DNA of 32,000 bases from Pseudomonas aeruginosa (GCF_001457615.1 NZ_LN831024.1:2910001-2942000); one strand, 5' to 3'. Shown: positions 18,122-26,215, numbered from the stretch's first letter. Numbers and translations: made by a program. Notes: a model not told the origin generated them from the letters alone.

Positions 18122-18655
18122 TCAGGCGGCGGCGTGCTCCAGCCACCAGGCGTGGGCGGCCTGCGCCAGGCATTCCACCGGCAGGGTGGCGTCCAGGCGC
18201 AGGGTCAGGGGTTCGTCGAGCGGCGGCTCGAGGGCGGCGAACTGGCTGTCGATCAGGGTCGCCGGCATGAAGTGGCCGGGGCGCTGGGCGACGCGCTCGG
18301 CGGCGACCGCCGGGGTCAGTTCCAGGTAGACGATGCCGAGGCCGGGCACCGCGCGGCGCAACCGGTCGCGGTAGGCGCGCTTGAGGGCGGAACAGGTCAG
18401 TACCGGCAGCTTGCCGGCGGCCACCGCCTGGCGCAGCTGCTCGGCGAGGGTGTCCAGCCAGCCGGCGCGGTCGTCGTCGGTGAGGGGGATGCCGGCGCTC
18501 ATCTTGCGGATGTTGGCGGCGGGATGGAAGCTGTCGCCTTCGATGCCGTGGGCGCCGCTGCGCTGGCAGAGGGCCTGGCTGACGCTGGACTTGCCGCAAC
18601 CGGCGACACCCATGATGACCAGGGCTTGGAGGGGTGGATGCATGGAACACCTCAA
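18122..18655 (-). CDS. gntK: Gluconokinase
   Basis: ALVIMGVAGCGKSSVSQALCQRSGAHGIEGDSFHPAANIRKMSAGIPLTDDDRAGWLDTL: P-loop plus gluconokinase signature. The actual start may be the internal Met at residue 5. Confidence 0.94.
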   Translation of the reverse strand: MRCSMHPPLQALVIMGVAGCGKSSVSQALCQRSGAHGIEGDSFHPAANIRKMSAGIPLTDDDRAGWLDTLAEQLRQAVAAGKLPVLTCSALKRAYRDRLRRAVPGLGIVYLELTPAVAAERVAQRPGHFMPATLIDSQFAALEPPLDEPLTLRLDATLPVECLAQAAHAWWLEHAAA

Positions 18656-18660
18656 GCGTG

Positions 18661-18674
18661 AGACAGCGCTGTCT
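18661..18674. promoter_or_regulatory. Perfect palindromic GntR-like box upstream of gntK
   Basis: AGACAGCGCTGTCT is a perfect 14-bp palindrome. Reverse-strand context GCAAAGACAGCGCT is close to AC-N-AAG-N-TAGCGCT. Confidence 0.6.
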
Positions 18675-18789
18675 TTGCGACATGGAAAAAATCGCGCGAG
18701 CCTGGCTCCGCCTTCTTGTCGTTGTGGTCTGTCGAATCCCGCGCGGGCAGTGGCGGACAGGCCGCCTCAGGCGATTGCCCAGGTCGCGA

Positions 18790-18807
18790 GACAGCGCTAC
18801 CTTAGTG
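18790..18807 (-). promoter_or_regulatory. GntR operator-like box upstream of gntR
   Basis: Reverse complement CACTAAGGTAGCGCTGTC fits AC-N-AAG-N-TAGCGCT; about 30 bp upstream of the gntR ATG. Confidence 0.72.
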
Positions 18808-18837
18808 CCTGGAATTTTGTTTGGCAAGCAGGCCACG

Positions 18838-19869
18838 ATGAGCATCACCAAGAACGACAAGAACACGCGAACCACCGGACGTCCCACCCTCAACGAAGTC
18901 GCGCGCCGCGCCGGGGTCAGCCCGATCACCGCGTCGCGCGCGTTGCGCGGCGTCGCCAGCGTCGCCGAAGAACTGGCGCAGAAGGTCCGCGACGCCGCCC
19001 GCGAACTCGGCTACGTGGCCAACCCCGCGGCGCGCGCGCTGGCCTCGGCGCAAAGCCACAGCGTGGCGGTGCTGGTGCCGTCGCTGGCCAACCTGCTGTT
19101 CATCGAGACCCTCGAGGCGATCCACGCGGTACTGCGGCCGCAGGGCCTGGAAGTGCTGATCGGCAACTTCCACTACTCGCGCAACGAGGAAGAGGACCTG
19201 ATCCGCAACTACCTGGCCTACCAGCCACGCGGCCTGCTGCTGACCGGCTTCGAGCGCACCGAGAGCGCCCGGCGGATGATCGAGGCCAGCGGCATTCCCT
19301 GCGTGTACATGATGGACCTGGACTCCGGCTCCGGGCTCAATTGCGTCGGCTTCTCCCAGTTGCGCGCCGGCGAGGCCGCCGCCGAGCACCTGCTGGCACG
19401 CGGCCGCAGGCGCCTGGCCTACATCGGCGCCCAGCTCGACCAGCGCACCCTGCTGCGCGGCGAGGGGTTCCGCCGCGCCTTGCAAAAGGCCGGCTGCTAC
19501 GACCCGGGGCTGGAAATCCTTACGCCGCGGCCGTCCTCGGTGGCCCTCGGCGGCGAACTCTTCGTGCAGTTGCTGGCCAGCCAGCCGCAGGTCGACGGGG
19601 TGTTCTTCTGCAACGACGACCTGGCCCAGGGCGCGCTGCTGGAGGCCCTGCGCCGTGGGGTCAAGGTGCCGGAACAGATCGCCGTGCTCGGTTTCAACGA
19701 CCTGCCGGGTTCGGACTGCACGGTCCCGCGCCTGAGCAGCATCCGCACCCCGCGCGAAGCCATCGGCCGGCGCGCGGCGGAGCAGTTGCTGGCGCTGATC
19801 GCCGGCAAGGAGGTGCGCGATAGCGCGCTGGACATGGGGTTCGAGCTGATGGCGCGGGAGAGCACCTGA
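18838..19869 (+). CDS. gntR: LacI/GalR-family gluconate utilization repressor GntR
   Basis: GRPTLNEVARRAGVSPITASRALRGVASVAEELAQKVRDAARELGYVANPAARALAS is a LacI HTH; adjacent to gntK/gntP. Confidence 0.93.
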   Translation: MSITKNDKNTRTTGRPTLNEVARRAGVSPITASRALRGVASVAEELAQKVRDAARELGYVANPAARALASAQSHSVAVLVPSLANLLFIETLEAIHAVLRPQGLEVLIGNFHYSRNEEEDLIRNYLAYQPRGLLLTGFERTESARRMIEASGIPCVYMMDLDSGSGLNCVGFSQLRAGEAAAEHLLARGRRRLAYIGAQLDQRTLLRGEGFRRALQKAGCYDPGLEILTPRPSSVALGGELFVQLLASQPQVDGVFFCNDDLAQGALLEALRRGVKVPEQIAVLGFNDLPGSDCTVPRLSSIRTPREAIGRRAAEQLLALIAGKEVRDSALDMGFELMAREST

Positions 19870-19901
19870 ACCCGCGGCCCGACGGTGCGGCCGTTCAGGG
19901 G

Positions 19902-20090
19902 CATGTCGAGCGCTGGGCAGCGCCGCCGGGCGTAACGGCTTGCCGGGTAGGGCGAATAGCGCCGCAGGCGCTATCCGCCGTTACGCCGGGTTTCACGGCG
20001 GATAACCGCGAGCGGTTATTCGCCCTACGGGGGCGTGTCGAGGGTTGGGCAGCGCCGCAGGCGCACGCCTTGCGTAACGGCTCGCCGTCT
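19902..20090. repeat. Composite intergenic repeat patch (REP-like inverted and direct copies)
   Basis: GTAGGGCGAATAGCGCCGCAGGCGCTATCCGCCG (about 19948..19980) in inverse orientation to GGCGGATAACCGCGAGCGGTTATTCGCCCTAC (19997..20028). Flanks carry direct repeats of GTCGAG(N)G..TGGGCAGCGCCGC..GGCG...CGTAACGGCT. Confidence 0.7.
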
Positions 20091-20100
20091 CTTCGGTGTC

Positions 20101-20466
20101 TCAAGCCACCGCGTAGTAATGCTTGACGAAGCCGCCGTCGGCAACCTCCCAGAGCACCGGGGTGCCCTTGCTGACGAACCAGCTGTCGCCGGCCTTGTAG
20201 AGCGTGCTCTGGCCGGTGGACTCGTCGGTGAGGCGGACCTCGCCGCTGACCACCGTGGCCTGTTCGCTGAACGGATAGGTCATGCGGAACTTGCCGGCGG
20301 TGGTGCCGAAGTAGGCGGCGCTGACCGGGTCGGTGGGGGCTCCTGCGGTCATCTTGCCGAAGGCTTTCACCTCGCCTTCGAGGATCTCCGAGCCGAGGTC
20401 GGCGACGCTGCCCCAGGCGTCCAGTTCGTCGAGGGTGATGCCGTGGCGGATAACGGTAATGGCCAT
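20101..20466 (-). CDS. Cupin-domain protein, 121 aa (EutQ/DUF861-like)
   Basis: MAITVIRHGITLDELDAWGSVADLGSEILEGEVKAFGKMTAGAP...FRMTYPFSEQATVVSGEVRLTDESTGQSTLYKAGDSWFVSKGTPVLWEV. ATG 20466 is in frame in track ORF 20101..20769. Confidence 0.82.
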   Translation of the reverse strand: MAITVIRHGITLDELDAWGSVADLGSEILEGEVKAFGKMTAGAPTDPVSAAYFGTTAGKFRMTYPFSEQATVVSGEVRLTDESTGQSTLYKAGDSWFVSKGTPVLWEVADGGFVKHYYAVA

Positions 20467-20498
20467 GGGAATGCTCCTTGTAGAGTGATCGGTAGGTT

Positions 20499-21797
20499 TC
20501 AGCGCCGGCCGTTCCAGTAGCCGGAGAGCTGGTGCCAGGTCTTGCCTGCGCTGAGCAGCAGCGGGCGGAAGTGGTCCTTGCCGTGGATCGGGATGCGGCG
20601 CACCGAGCTGAGCAGGTCGTAGCGCGCCGAGCCTTCGCTCATGCCTTCGGCGAGGACCTTGCAGACGATGTGGCTGGGGGTCACGCCGAACCCGGAATAA
20701 CCCTGGACGAAGAACGCGTTGGGCCGCCCCGAGAGGCTGCCGATCTGCGGGAACAGGTTGGCGCTGCAAGCCATCGGCCCACCCCAGGCGAGGTCGATGC
20801 GGACGTGCTCCAGGTAGGGGAAGATCTTCAGCATCAGCTTGCGGTTCCAGGCCTTGAGGTCGCCGGGGATGCGTTCGACGAAGGGTGTGGCGGCGCCGAA
20901 CAGCAGGCGGTTCTCGTTGGTCACCCGGTAGTAGTCGATGACCGGGCGGATGTCGCTGTAGGCGCCGCGGATCGGGCTGATCCGCTGGATCAGTTCGTCC
21001 GGCAGCGGTTCGGTCATCATCTGGAACGCGTAGGTATTGATGGTGGTGCGGTGCAGCTCGGGTTCGAGCCGGTTGAGGAAGCTGTCGCAGGCCCAGAGCA
21101 GCTTGTTCGCGGTGACCGAGCCCTTGGCCGTGCGCACGCGGATGCGCTCGCCGTATTGCACCTCCAGCGCCGGGCTGTATTCGAATATCCGTGCGCCGAG
21201 GCCGGCCAGCGCCTTGGCTTCGCCGAGCAGCAGGTTGAGCGAGTGCACATGGCCGCCGCCCATGTGCAGCAGGGCGCTGCCGTAGGCGTCCGAGCCGATG
21301 ATCTGGCGCACCTCGGCACCGTGCAGGTAACGGATCTCATGGGGCGAGCCGAGCGACCGGAATTCCTTTTCCCAGGCCTGCAGGGTCTTCGCCTGGCGTG
21401 CGTTGAAGCCCATGTAGCCGTAGCCATGGCAGAAGTCGGCGTCGATGGCGTACTTCTCGATACGGCCCTTGATGATGTCGGCGCCGAGGTCGCTGATCTC
21501 GAAGATCGCCCGCAGGCCGTCCTCGCCGACGTCCTTGCGGATCTTCTCCAGGTCGTGGCCGATGCCGGCCATGATCTGCCCGCCGTTGCGCCCGGTACCG
21601 CCGAAGCCGAGGTGGCGGGCCTCCAGCACGACGATGTCGGTGATGCCGTGCTCGGCCAGCTCAAGCGCGGTGTTGATCCCGGAGAAGCCGCCGCCGATCA
21701 CCACCACGTCGGCGTCCAGGTCGGTTTCCAGGGAGGGGAAGGACAATTCGTACTTCTTGGTCGCCGTGTAGTAGGTCGGCGTCTCGATGTTGATCAT
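20499..21797 (-). CDS. FAD-dependent oxidoreductase, DAO family (PuuB-like)
   Basis: SFPSLETDLDADVVVIGGGFSGINTALELAEHGITDIVVLEARHLGFGGTGRNGGQI: FAD-binding GxGxxG and PuuB-type GxGGTGRNGG; C-terminal GYSGFGVTPSHIVCK. Confidence 0.9.
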   Translation of the reverse strand: MINIETPTYYTATKKYELSFPSLETDLDADVVVIGGGFSGINTALELAEHGITDIVVLEARHLGFGGTGRNGGQIMAGIGHDLEKIRKDVGEDGLRAIFEISDLGADIIKGRIEKYAIDADFCHGYGYMGFNARQAKTLQAWEKEFRSLGSPHEIRYLHGAEVRQIIGSDAYGSALLHMGGGHVHSLNLLLGEAKALAGLGARIFEYSPALEVQYGERIRVRTAKGSVTANKLLWACDSFLNRLEPELHRTTINTYAFQMMTEPLPDELIQRISPIRGAYSDIRPVIDYYRVTNENRLLFGAATPFVERIPGDLKAWNRKLMLKIFPYLEHVRIDLAWGGPMACSANLFPQIGSLSGRPNAFFVQGYSGFGVTPSHIVCKVLAEGMSEGSARYDLLSSVRRIPIHGKDHFRPLLLSAGKTWHQLSGYWNGRR

Positions 21798-21900
21798 GGA
21801 TGCGGCCTGGCAAGGGGTGGATGTACCTATTAGACGCTCCGTGGCCGCCGCGGTCTTGTTCCTGTCTGCCGCCGGCTTGACCGGCCCTGCCAGGCGCGCT

Positions 21901-22794
21901 TCAGCCCAGCGTGGCGATCACCCGTGGCGCGACGAAGTCGATGAAGGCGCGCAGCTTGGGCGAGACCTGGCGGCCGGACGGCCAGAGCAGGAAGAATCGC
22001 GCGCGGCGCTCGCAGAAGGCGTCGAGGACGCTGACCAGGCGTCCTTCGCGCAGCGCCTCGCGGATCGAGAAGTCCGGCAGGCAGGCGATGCCCTGGTCGC
22101 GCAGGGCGAAGCAGACGCGGGTCTCGATGTTGTTGCAGACCATCGACACCGGAATCTGCGGCGGGGCTTCGCCGTCCGCGCGGCGCAGCGGCCATTCCTC
22201 GAGGCGGCCGGTATTGGGGAAGCGGTAGTGCAGGCAGGTGTGTCGCAGCAGGTCTTCCGGGCAGCGCGGCGTGCCGTGGCGGGCGAAGTAGGCCGGCGAG
22301 CCGACCAGCTTCAGCTGGAACTCACCCAGTTCGCGCATGGACAGCCGCGAATCCACCGGCCGGCCGGTGCGCAGGACCACGTCGAAGCCTTCGTCGACGA
22401 CATCCACCACGCGATCGCTGAAGTCGAGGTCTAGCTCGATGTCCGGATAGGCCTGCATGAAGTCGGCGAGCGTCGGCAGGACCAGCCCGCTGACCAGAGG
22501 CAGGCTGACCCGCAGGCGCCCGCGCGGGGTCTCGCGGCTTTGCGACAGCTCCAGCTCGGTGGCTTCGATCTCGGCCAGGATGCGCCGGCTGCGCTCGAGG
22601 AACAGGCTGCCTTCGGCGGTCAGGGTGATGCTGCGGGTGCTGCGGTGGAACAGGCGCACGCCGAGTTTCTCTTCCAGGCGGGCGACCCGCTTGCCCACCG
22701 CCGAGGCGCTGACGCCGAGGGTCCGGGCGGCGCCGACGATGCTGCGGGTCTCGGCGACGCGGACGAAGACGGTGAAACCGCTGAGGCTGTCCAT
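21901..22794 (-). CDS. LysR-family transcriptional regulator
   Basis: MDSLSGFTVFVRVAETRSIVGAARTLGVSASAVGKRVARLEEKLGVRLFHRSTRSITLT. Confidence 0.94.
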   Translation of the reverse strand: MDSLSGFTVFVRVAETRSIVGAARTLGVSASAVGKRVARLEEKLGVRLFHRSTRSITLTAEGSLFLERSRRILAEIEATELELSQSRETPRGRLRVSLPLVSGLVLPTLADFMQAYPDIELDLDFSDRVVDVVDEGFDVVLRTGRPVDSRLSMRELGEFQLKLVGSPAYFARHGTPRCPEDLLRHTCLHYRFPNTGRLEEWPLRRADGEAPPQIPVSMVCNNIETRVCFALRDQGIACLPDFSIREALREGRLVSVLDAFCERRARFFLLWPSGRQVSPKLRAFIDFVAPRVIATLG

Positions 22795-22823
22795 GCAAGG
22801 CTCCGATTACGGACATGATGGTC

Positions 22824-22846
22824 CGGATAGAACGGAACTCTATCCG
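22824..22846. promoter_or_regulatory. Inverted repeat in divergent promoter, candidate LysR-type operator
   Basis: CGGATAGA-ACGGAAC-TCTATCCG: perfect 8-bp arms with 7-nt spacer, between divergent LysR and beta-lactamase-like genes. Confidence 0.55.
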
Positions 22847-22908
22847 TCTTTTTCCGCTTTTGCAGCGCTCTTAGCCTGTCCGCATCCTTCATCTGCGGAG
22901 AGTCCCGC

Positions 22909-24084
22909 ATGTCCAGTTTCGAACGAGAGCCAGGCTGCGGCCTGGCGGAAAATGTCGATCAGGTGATCGAGGCGGCATTCGCCGACCAGCGCCTGGTGGG
23001 GGCGGTGGTGCTGGTGGCACACCGGGGGCAGTGGCTCTATCGACGGGCTGCCGGCCTGGCCGACCGCGAAGCCGGCCGGATAATGGGCGAGGACAGCCTG
23101 TTCCGCCTGGCCTCGGTGAGCAAGCCGATCGTCAGCGTCGCGGCCCTGAGCCTGGTGGATGAGGGCCGGCTGGCCCTCGATGAGCCGATCGCCGACTGGT
23201 TGCCGGCGTTCCGTCCGCGCCTGGCCGACGGCCGCGAGGCGCGCATCACGCCGCGGCAGTTGCTGAGCCACAGCGCCGGCCTCGGCTATCGCTTCCTCGA
23301 AGCCGACGCAGACGGCCCCTATGCCCGCGCCGGGATTTCCGATGGCATGGACCTGCCGGGTTTCGACCTGGCCGAGAATCTCCGTCGCCTGGCCTCCGTG
23401 CCCTTGCTCTACGAACCCGGCCGCGCCTGGGGCTATTCGCTGGCCACCGACGTGCTCGGCGCGCTGGTGGAGCGGGTCGACGGGCGGCCGCTGGCGGAAG
23501 CGCTGCGGCAGCGGGTCGGGATTCCAGCCGGCATGCGCGACAGCGGCTTCCTCTGCGCCGACGCGTGCCGACTGGCGGCGGTCTACGTCAGCGACCGGCC
23601 ACGCCCGCGCCGAATGGCCGGGCGGGAGACCGTGGCGCCGTTCGAGGACAGCGTCGGCATTCGCTTCGAGCCGAATCGGGCCTTCGAACCGTCTGCCTAT
23701 GCGTCCGGCGGGGCGGGGATGATCGGCAGCGCCGGCGACGTGCTGCGCCTTTTGGAAATCCTTCGCCAGGGCGGCGCGCCGTTGCTGACGCCTGGCCTGG
23801 TGGAGGAGATGGGTCGCGACCAGGTACCCGGCCTGGAACTGCCGGCCAATCCCGGTTTCGGCTTCGGCCTGGGTTTCTCCGTGCTGCGCGACTCGGCCAT
23901 CGCGCAATCGCCGGAGGCTCCCGGCACCTGGCGCTGGGGTGGCGCCTACGGGCATTCCTGGTTCGTCGACCGGGCCCGCGAACTGTCGGTGGTGGCGCTT
24001 ACCAACACCCTGTTCGAGGGCATGTCGGGACGCTTCGTCAACGACCTGCGCGACGCCGTCTACCGTTCCGCGGAGCTGCGCTGA
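22909..24084 (+). CDS. Serine beta-lactamase-related / class C-like esterase family protein
   Basis: S-x-x-K in LFRLASVSKPIVSVAALSLVDEGRLALDEPIADWLP; LLSHSAGLGY; YEPGRAWGYSLATDVLGALVERV. Confidence 0.88.
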   Translation: MSSFEREPGCGLAENVDQVIEAAFADQRLVGAVVLVAHRGQWLYRRAAGLADREAGRIMGEDSLFRLASVSKPIVSVAALSLVDEGRLALDEPIADWLPAFRPRLADGREARITPRQLLSHSAGLGYRFLEADADGPYARAGISDGMDLPGFDLAENLRRLASVPLLYEPGRAWGYSLATDVLGALVERVDGRPLAEALRQRVGIPAGMRDSGFLCADACRLAAVYVSDRPRPRRMAGRETVAPFEDSVGIRFEPNRAFEPSAYASGGAGMIGSAGDVLRLLEILRQGGAPLLTPGLVEEMGRDQVPGLELPANPGFGFGLGFSVLRDSAIAQSPEAPGTWRWGGAYGHSWFVDRARELSVVALTNTLFEGMSGRFVNDLRDAVYRSAELR

Positions 24085-25337
24085 TGGGACGCCGCGAAGC
24101 ATTTCCGGAGAACGCCGGGGCCGCTGCGTCGGCCGTGGCGCCGCGGCTGCCGCTGAGTGCGCTGCTGGCGATGGCGATGTCCGGCTTCGTCGCCATTCTC
24201 AGCGAAACCCTGCCGGCCGGCCTGCTGCCGCAAATCGGCGCGGGGCTGGCGGTCAGCGAGGCGCTGGCCGGGCAACTGGTCAGCGTCTACGCCTTGGGTT
24301 CGCTACTGGCCGCGCTGCCGGCGGCGAGCCTGACCCAGGGCTGGCGGCGGCGCCGGGTGCTGCTGCTGGCGCTGCTGATCTTCTTCGTCTGCAACAGCCT
24401 AACCGCCGTTTCCTCGGATTACCGCCTGACCCTGCTGGCGCGCTTCGGCAGCGGCGTCGCCGCCGGCCTCGCCTGGGGCCTGCTGGCCGGCTACGCGCGG
24501 CGCCTGGTGCCGCCGGAGCAGCAGGGGCGGGCGTTGGCGGTGGCCATGCTCGGTGCGCCGCTGGCGCTGTCGCTCGGCGTTCCGCTGGGCACCTGGCTGG
24601 GCGGCCTGCTCGGCTGGCGCTGGGCCTTCGGCCTGTTGTCGCTGACCGCGCTGCTGCTGGTCGGCTGGGTGCTGCGCAGCGTGCCGGACTTCCCTGGCCA
24701 GCCGGCCGGGCGGCGCCTGCGTCTGCTCGGGGTGCTGCGCACGCCGGGCGTGCGTCCGGTATTGCTGGTGATCGTCGCCTGGGTGCTGGCGCACAACATC
24801 CTCTACACCTATATCGCGCCGTTCCTCGCCAAGGTCGGCCTGGGCGCCTCGGTGGACCTGGCCCTGCTGGTATTCGGCAGCGCCGCGGTGGCGGGAATCT
24901 GGCTGGTCGGCGTGCTGGTCGACCGGCATTTGCGGCGGATGGTCCTGGCCAGCCTGGCGCTGTTCGCCGTAGCGGCGCTGGCGCTGTGCCTGGGCGCTCG
25001 CTGGAGCTGGCTGGCGTTCGCCGGCCTGGCCCTCTGGGGGCTGACGTTCGGTGGCGCGGCGACGCTGCTGCAGACCGCCTCGGCGGACGCCGCCGGGGAG
25101 GGCGCCGACCTGGCCCAGTCGATGATCGTGGTGGCCTGGAACCTGGCCATCGCCGGCGGCGGAGCGTTGGGCGGCATGGTGTTGCAGCGTTGGGGCAGCG
25201 AGATGCTGCCCTGGACCCTGCTGCCGTTGATCGGCCTGGCCGCGGCGCTGGCCTGGGGCAATGCCGCGCACGCTTTCCGCGTCGGCCCGCGCGACTTCCG
25301 CAGGGCATCGCCCGAGCACCGGAAAGCGGCGCAATAG
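24084..25337 (+). CDS. MFS transporter (DHA1-like)
   Basis: LAMAMSGFVAILSETLPAGLLPQIGAGLAVSEALAGQLVSVYALGSLLAALPAA. ATG overlaps the upstream stop (translational coupling); frame is within track ORF 23565..25337. Confidence 0.9.
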   Translation: MGRREAFPENAGAAASAVAPRLPLSALLAMAMSGFVAILSETLPAGLLPQIGAGLAVSEALAGQLVSVYALGSLLAALPAASLTQGWRRRRVLLLALLIFFVCNSLTAVSSDYRLTLLARFGSGVAAGLAWGLLAGYARRLVPPEQQGRALAVAMLGAPLALSLGVPLGTWLGGLLGWRWAFGLLSLTALLLVGWVLRSVPDFPGQPAGRRLRLLGVLRTPGVRPVLLVIVAWVLAHNILYTYIAPFLAKVGLGASVDLALLVFGSAAVAGIWLVGVLVDRHLRRMVLASLALFAVAALALCLGARWSWLAFAGLALWGLTFGGAATLLQTASADAAGEGADLAQSMIVVAWNLAIAGGGALGGMVLQRWGSEMLPWTLLPLIGLAAALAWGNAAHAFRVGPRDFRRASPEHRKAAQ

Positions 25338-25636
25338 ACGGGGCTGCGCCCGGCAAGGGGAAAAAGGCTGCGGGTCTTAGAACGTTTATTCACCAGGGTT
25401 ATTTGGATAGGTCCGTTTCGAATATCCATCGCGTCGAAATACCGGCTGTGACGATGCGTTCCTCCGCCATACAGCGGAATCCGCTGTCATTGCGCCGAAC
25501 ATCTTCGCTGTCTCGCCGCTAGCCACCATGCAGCGCCCGGCTCGGCTGTTGCACCGGCATCTTGCCGGTGCGTCGGCGCTGCCTAGAATCGGCCCCATTC
25601 GCACCTACCCCCGCTTCGCCTACAGGAGTTACCGCC

Positions 25637-26140
25637 ATGATGAATGCCATGCAGATGCCGATGAACATGAATGCCGCCATACCGATGATGCCCATGATGG
25701 GCATGCCGATGATGATGGCGACCATGCAGTGCGAAACGATGGACGACGGCATGCTGTGCAAGATGATGCCGGCGATGGGTATGGACATGGGCCAGTTCCG
25801 CAACAGCGCCGAGATGATGGCGATGATGATGAACTGCGGCATGCCCATGATGATGCAGTGCGGCAACCTGGCGATGATGGGCATGTCCCAGGCCTGCATG
25901 GCGATGATGCCGACGATGGGCATGGGGATGGGCATGCCGATGATGGGCATGGCTCCGATGAAGTGCATGATGGAGTGCTCCATGCAGGGCGACGCCATGC
26001 ACTGCAGGATGATGCCGATGCAGGGCATGGACATGGAGATGTTCAAGAACTGCTGCATGCTGATGGCGAAGATGATGGAGTGCGGCATGCCGATGATGAT
26101 GAGTTGCAACGGCATGCCGATGATGTGCTGCACCTGCTGA
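25637..26140 (+). CDS. Extremely Met/Cys-rich small protein, 167 aa, internally duplicated; unknown function (metal binding plausible)
   Basis: ATG 25637 preceded by CAGGAG: MMNAMQMPMNMNAAIPMMPMMGMPMMMATMQCETMDDGMLCKMMPAMGMDMGQF...CCTC. The track start at 25562 is probably too early. Confidence 0.82.
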   Translation: MMNAMQMPMNMNAAIPMMPMMGMPMMMATMQCETMDDGMLCKMMPAMGMDMGQFRNSAEMMAMMMNCGMPMMMQCGNLAMMGMSQACMAMMPTMGMGMGMPMMGMAPMKCMMECSMQGDAMHCRMMPMQGMDMEMFKNCCMLMAKMMECGMPMMMSCNGMPMMCCTC

Positions 26141-26159
26141 TCCGTCGCCGGATGGAAAA

Positions 26160-26190
26160 GGCCCGCCCGGGATGACCGGGCGGGCCTTTC
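26160..26190. terminator. Rho-independent terminator, probably bidirectional between convergent genes
   Basis: GGCCCGCCCGG-GATGA-CCGGGCGGGCC followed by TTTCTT; preceded by AAAA, giving a short U-run on the opposite strand. Confidence 0.88.
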
Positions 26191-26215
26191 TTCGTCCATG
26201 GCAGCAGGGCCGGGG

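Noticed and set aside
20101-20769. N-terminal extension of the cupin ORF to 222 aa
   Set aside because: Extension overlaps the oxidoreductase gene and has no cupin homology features; ATG 20466 with an upstream RBS-like sequence gives a normal 121-aa cupin.
22840-24102. 420-aa minus-strand ORF antisense to the beta-lactamase-like gene
   Set aside because: Shadow ORF; the plus frame carries SxxK and family motifs.
25583-26002. Minus-strand 139-aa His-rich ORF (HHALHRSHAHHRHAHPHAHRRHHRH...)
   Set aside because: Exact antisense shadow of the ATG-rich Met gene (ATG read as CAT = His). Not an independent His-rich metal protein on present evidence.
25528-26175. Plus-strand 215-aa Asp/His-rich ORF overlapping the Met-rich gene
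   Set aside because: Frame-shifted reading of GATGATG repeats; start lacks a convincing RBS, and the Met frame has a proper RBS plus non-Met conserved duplication.
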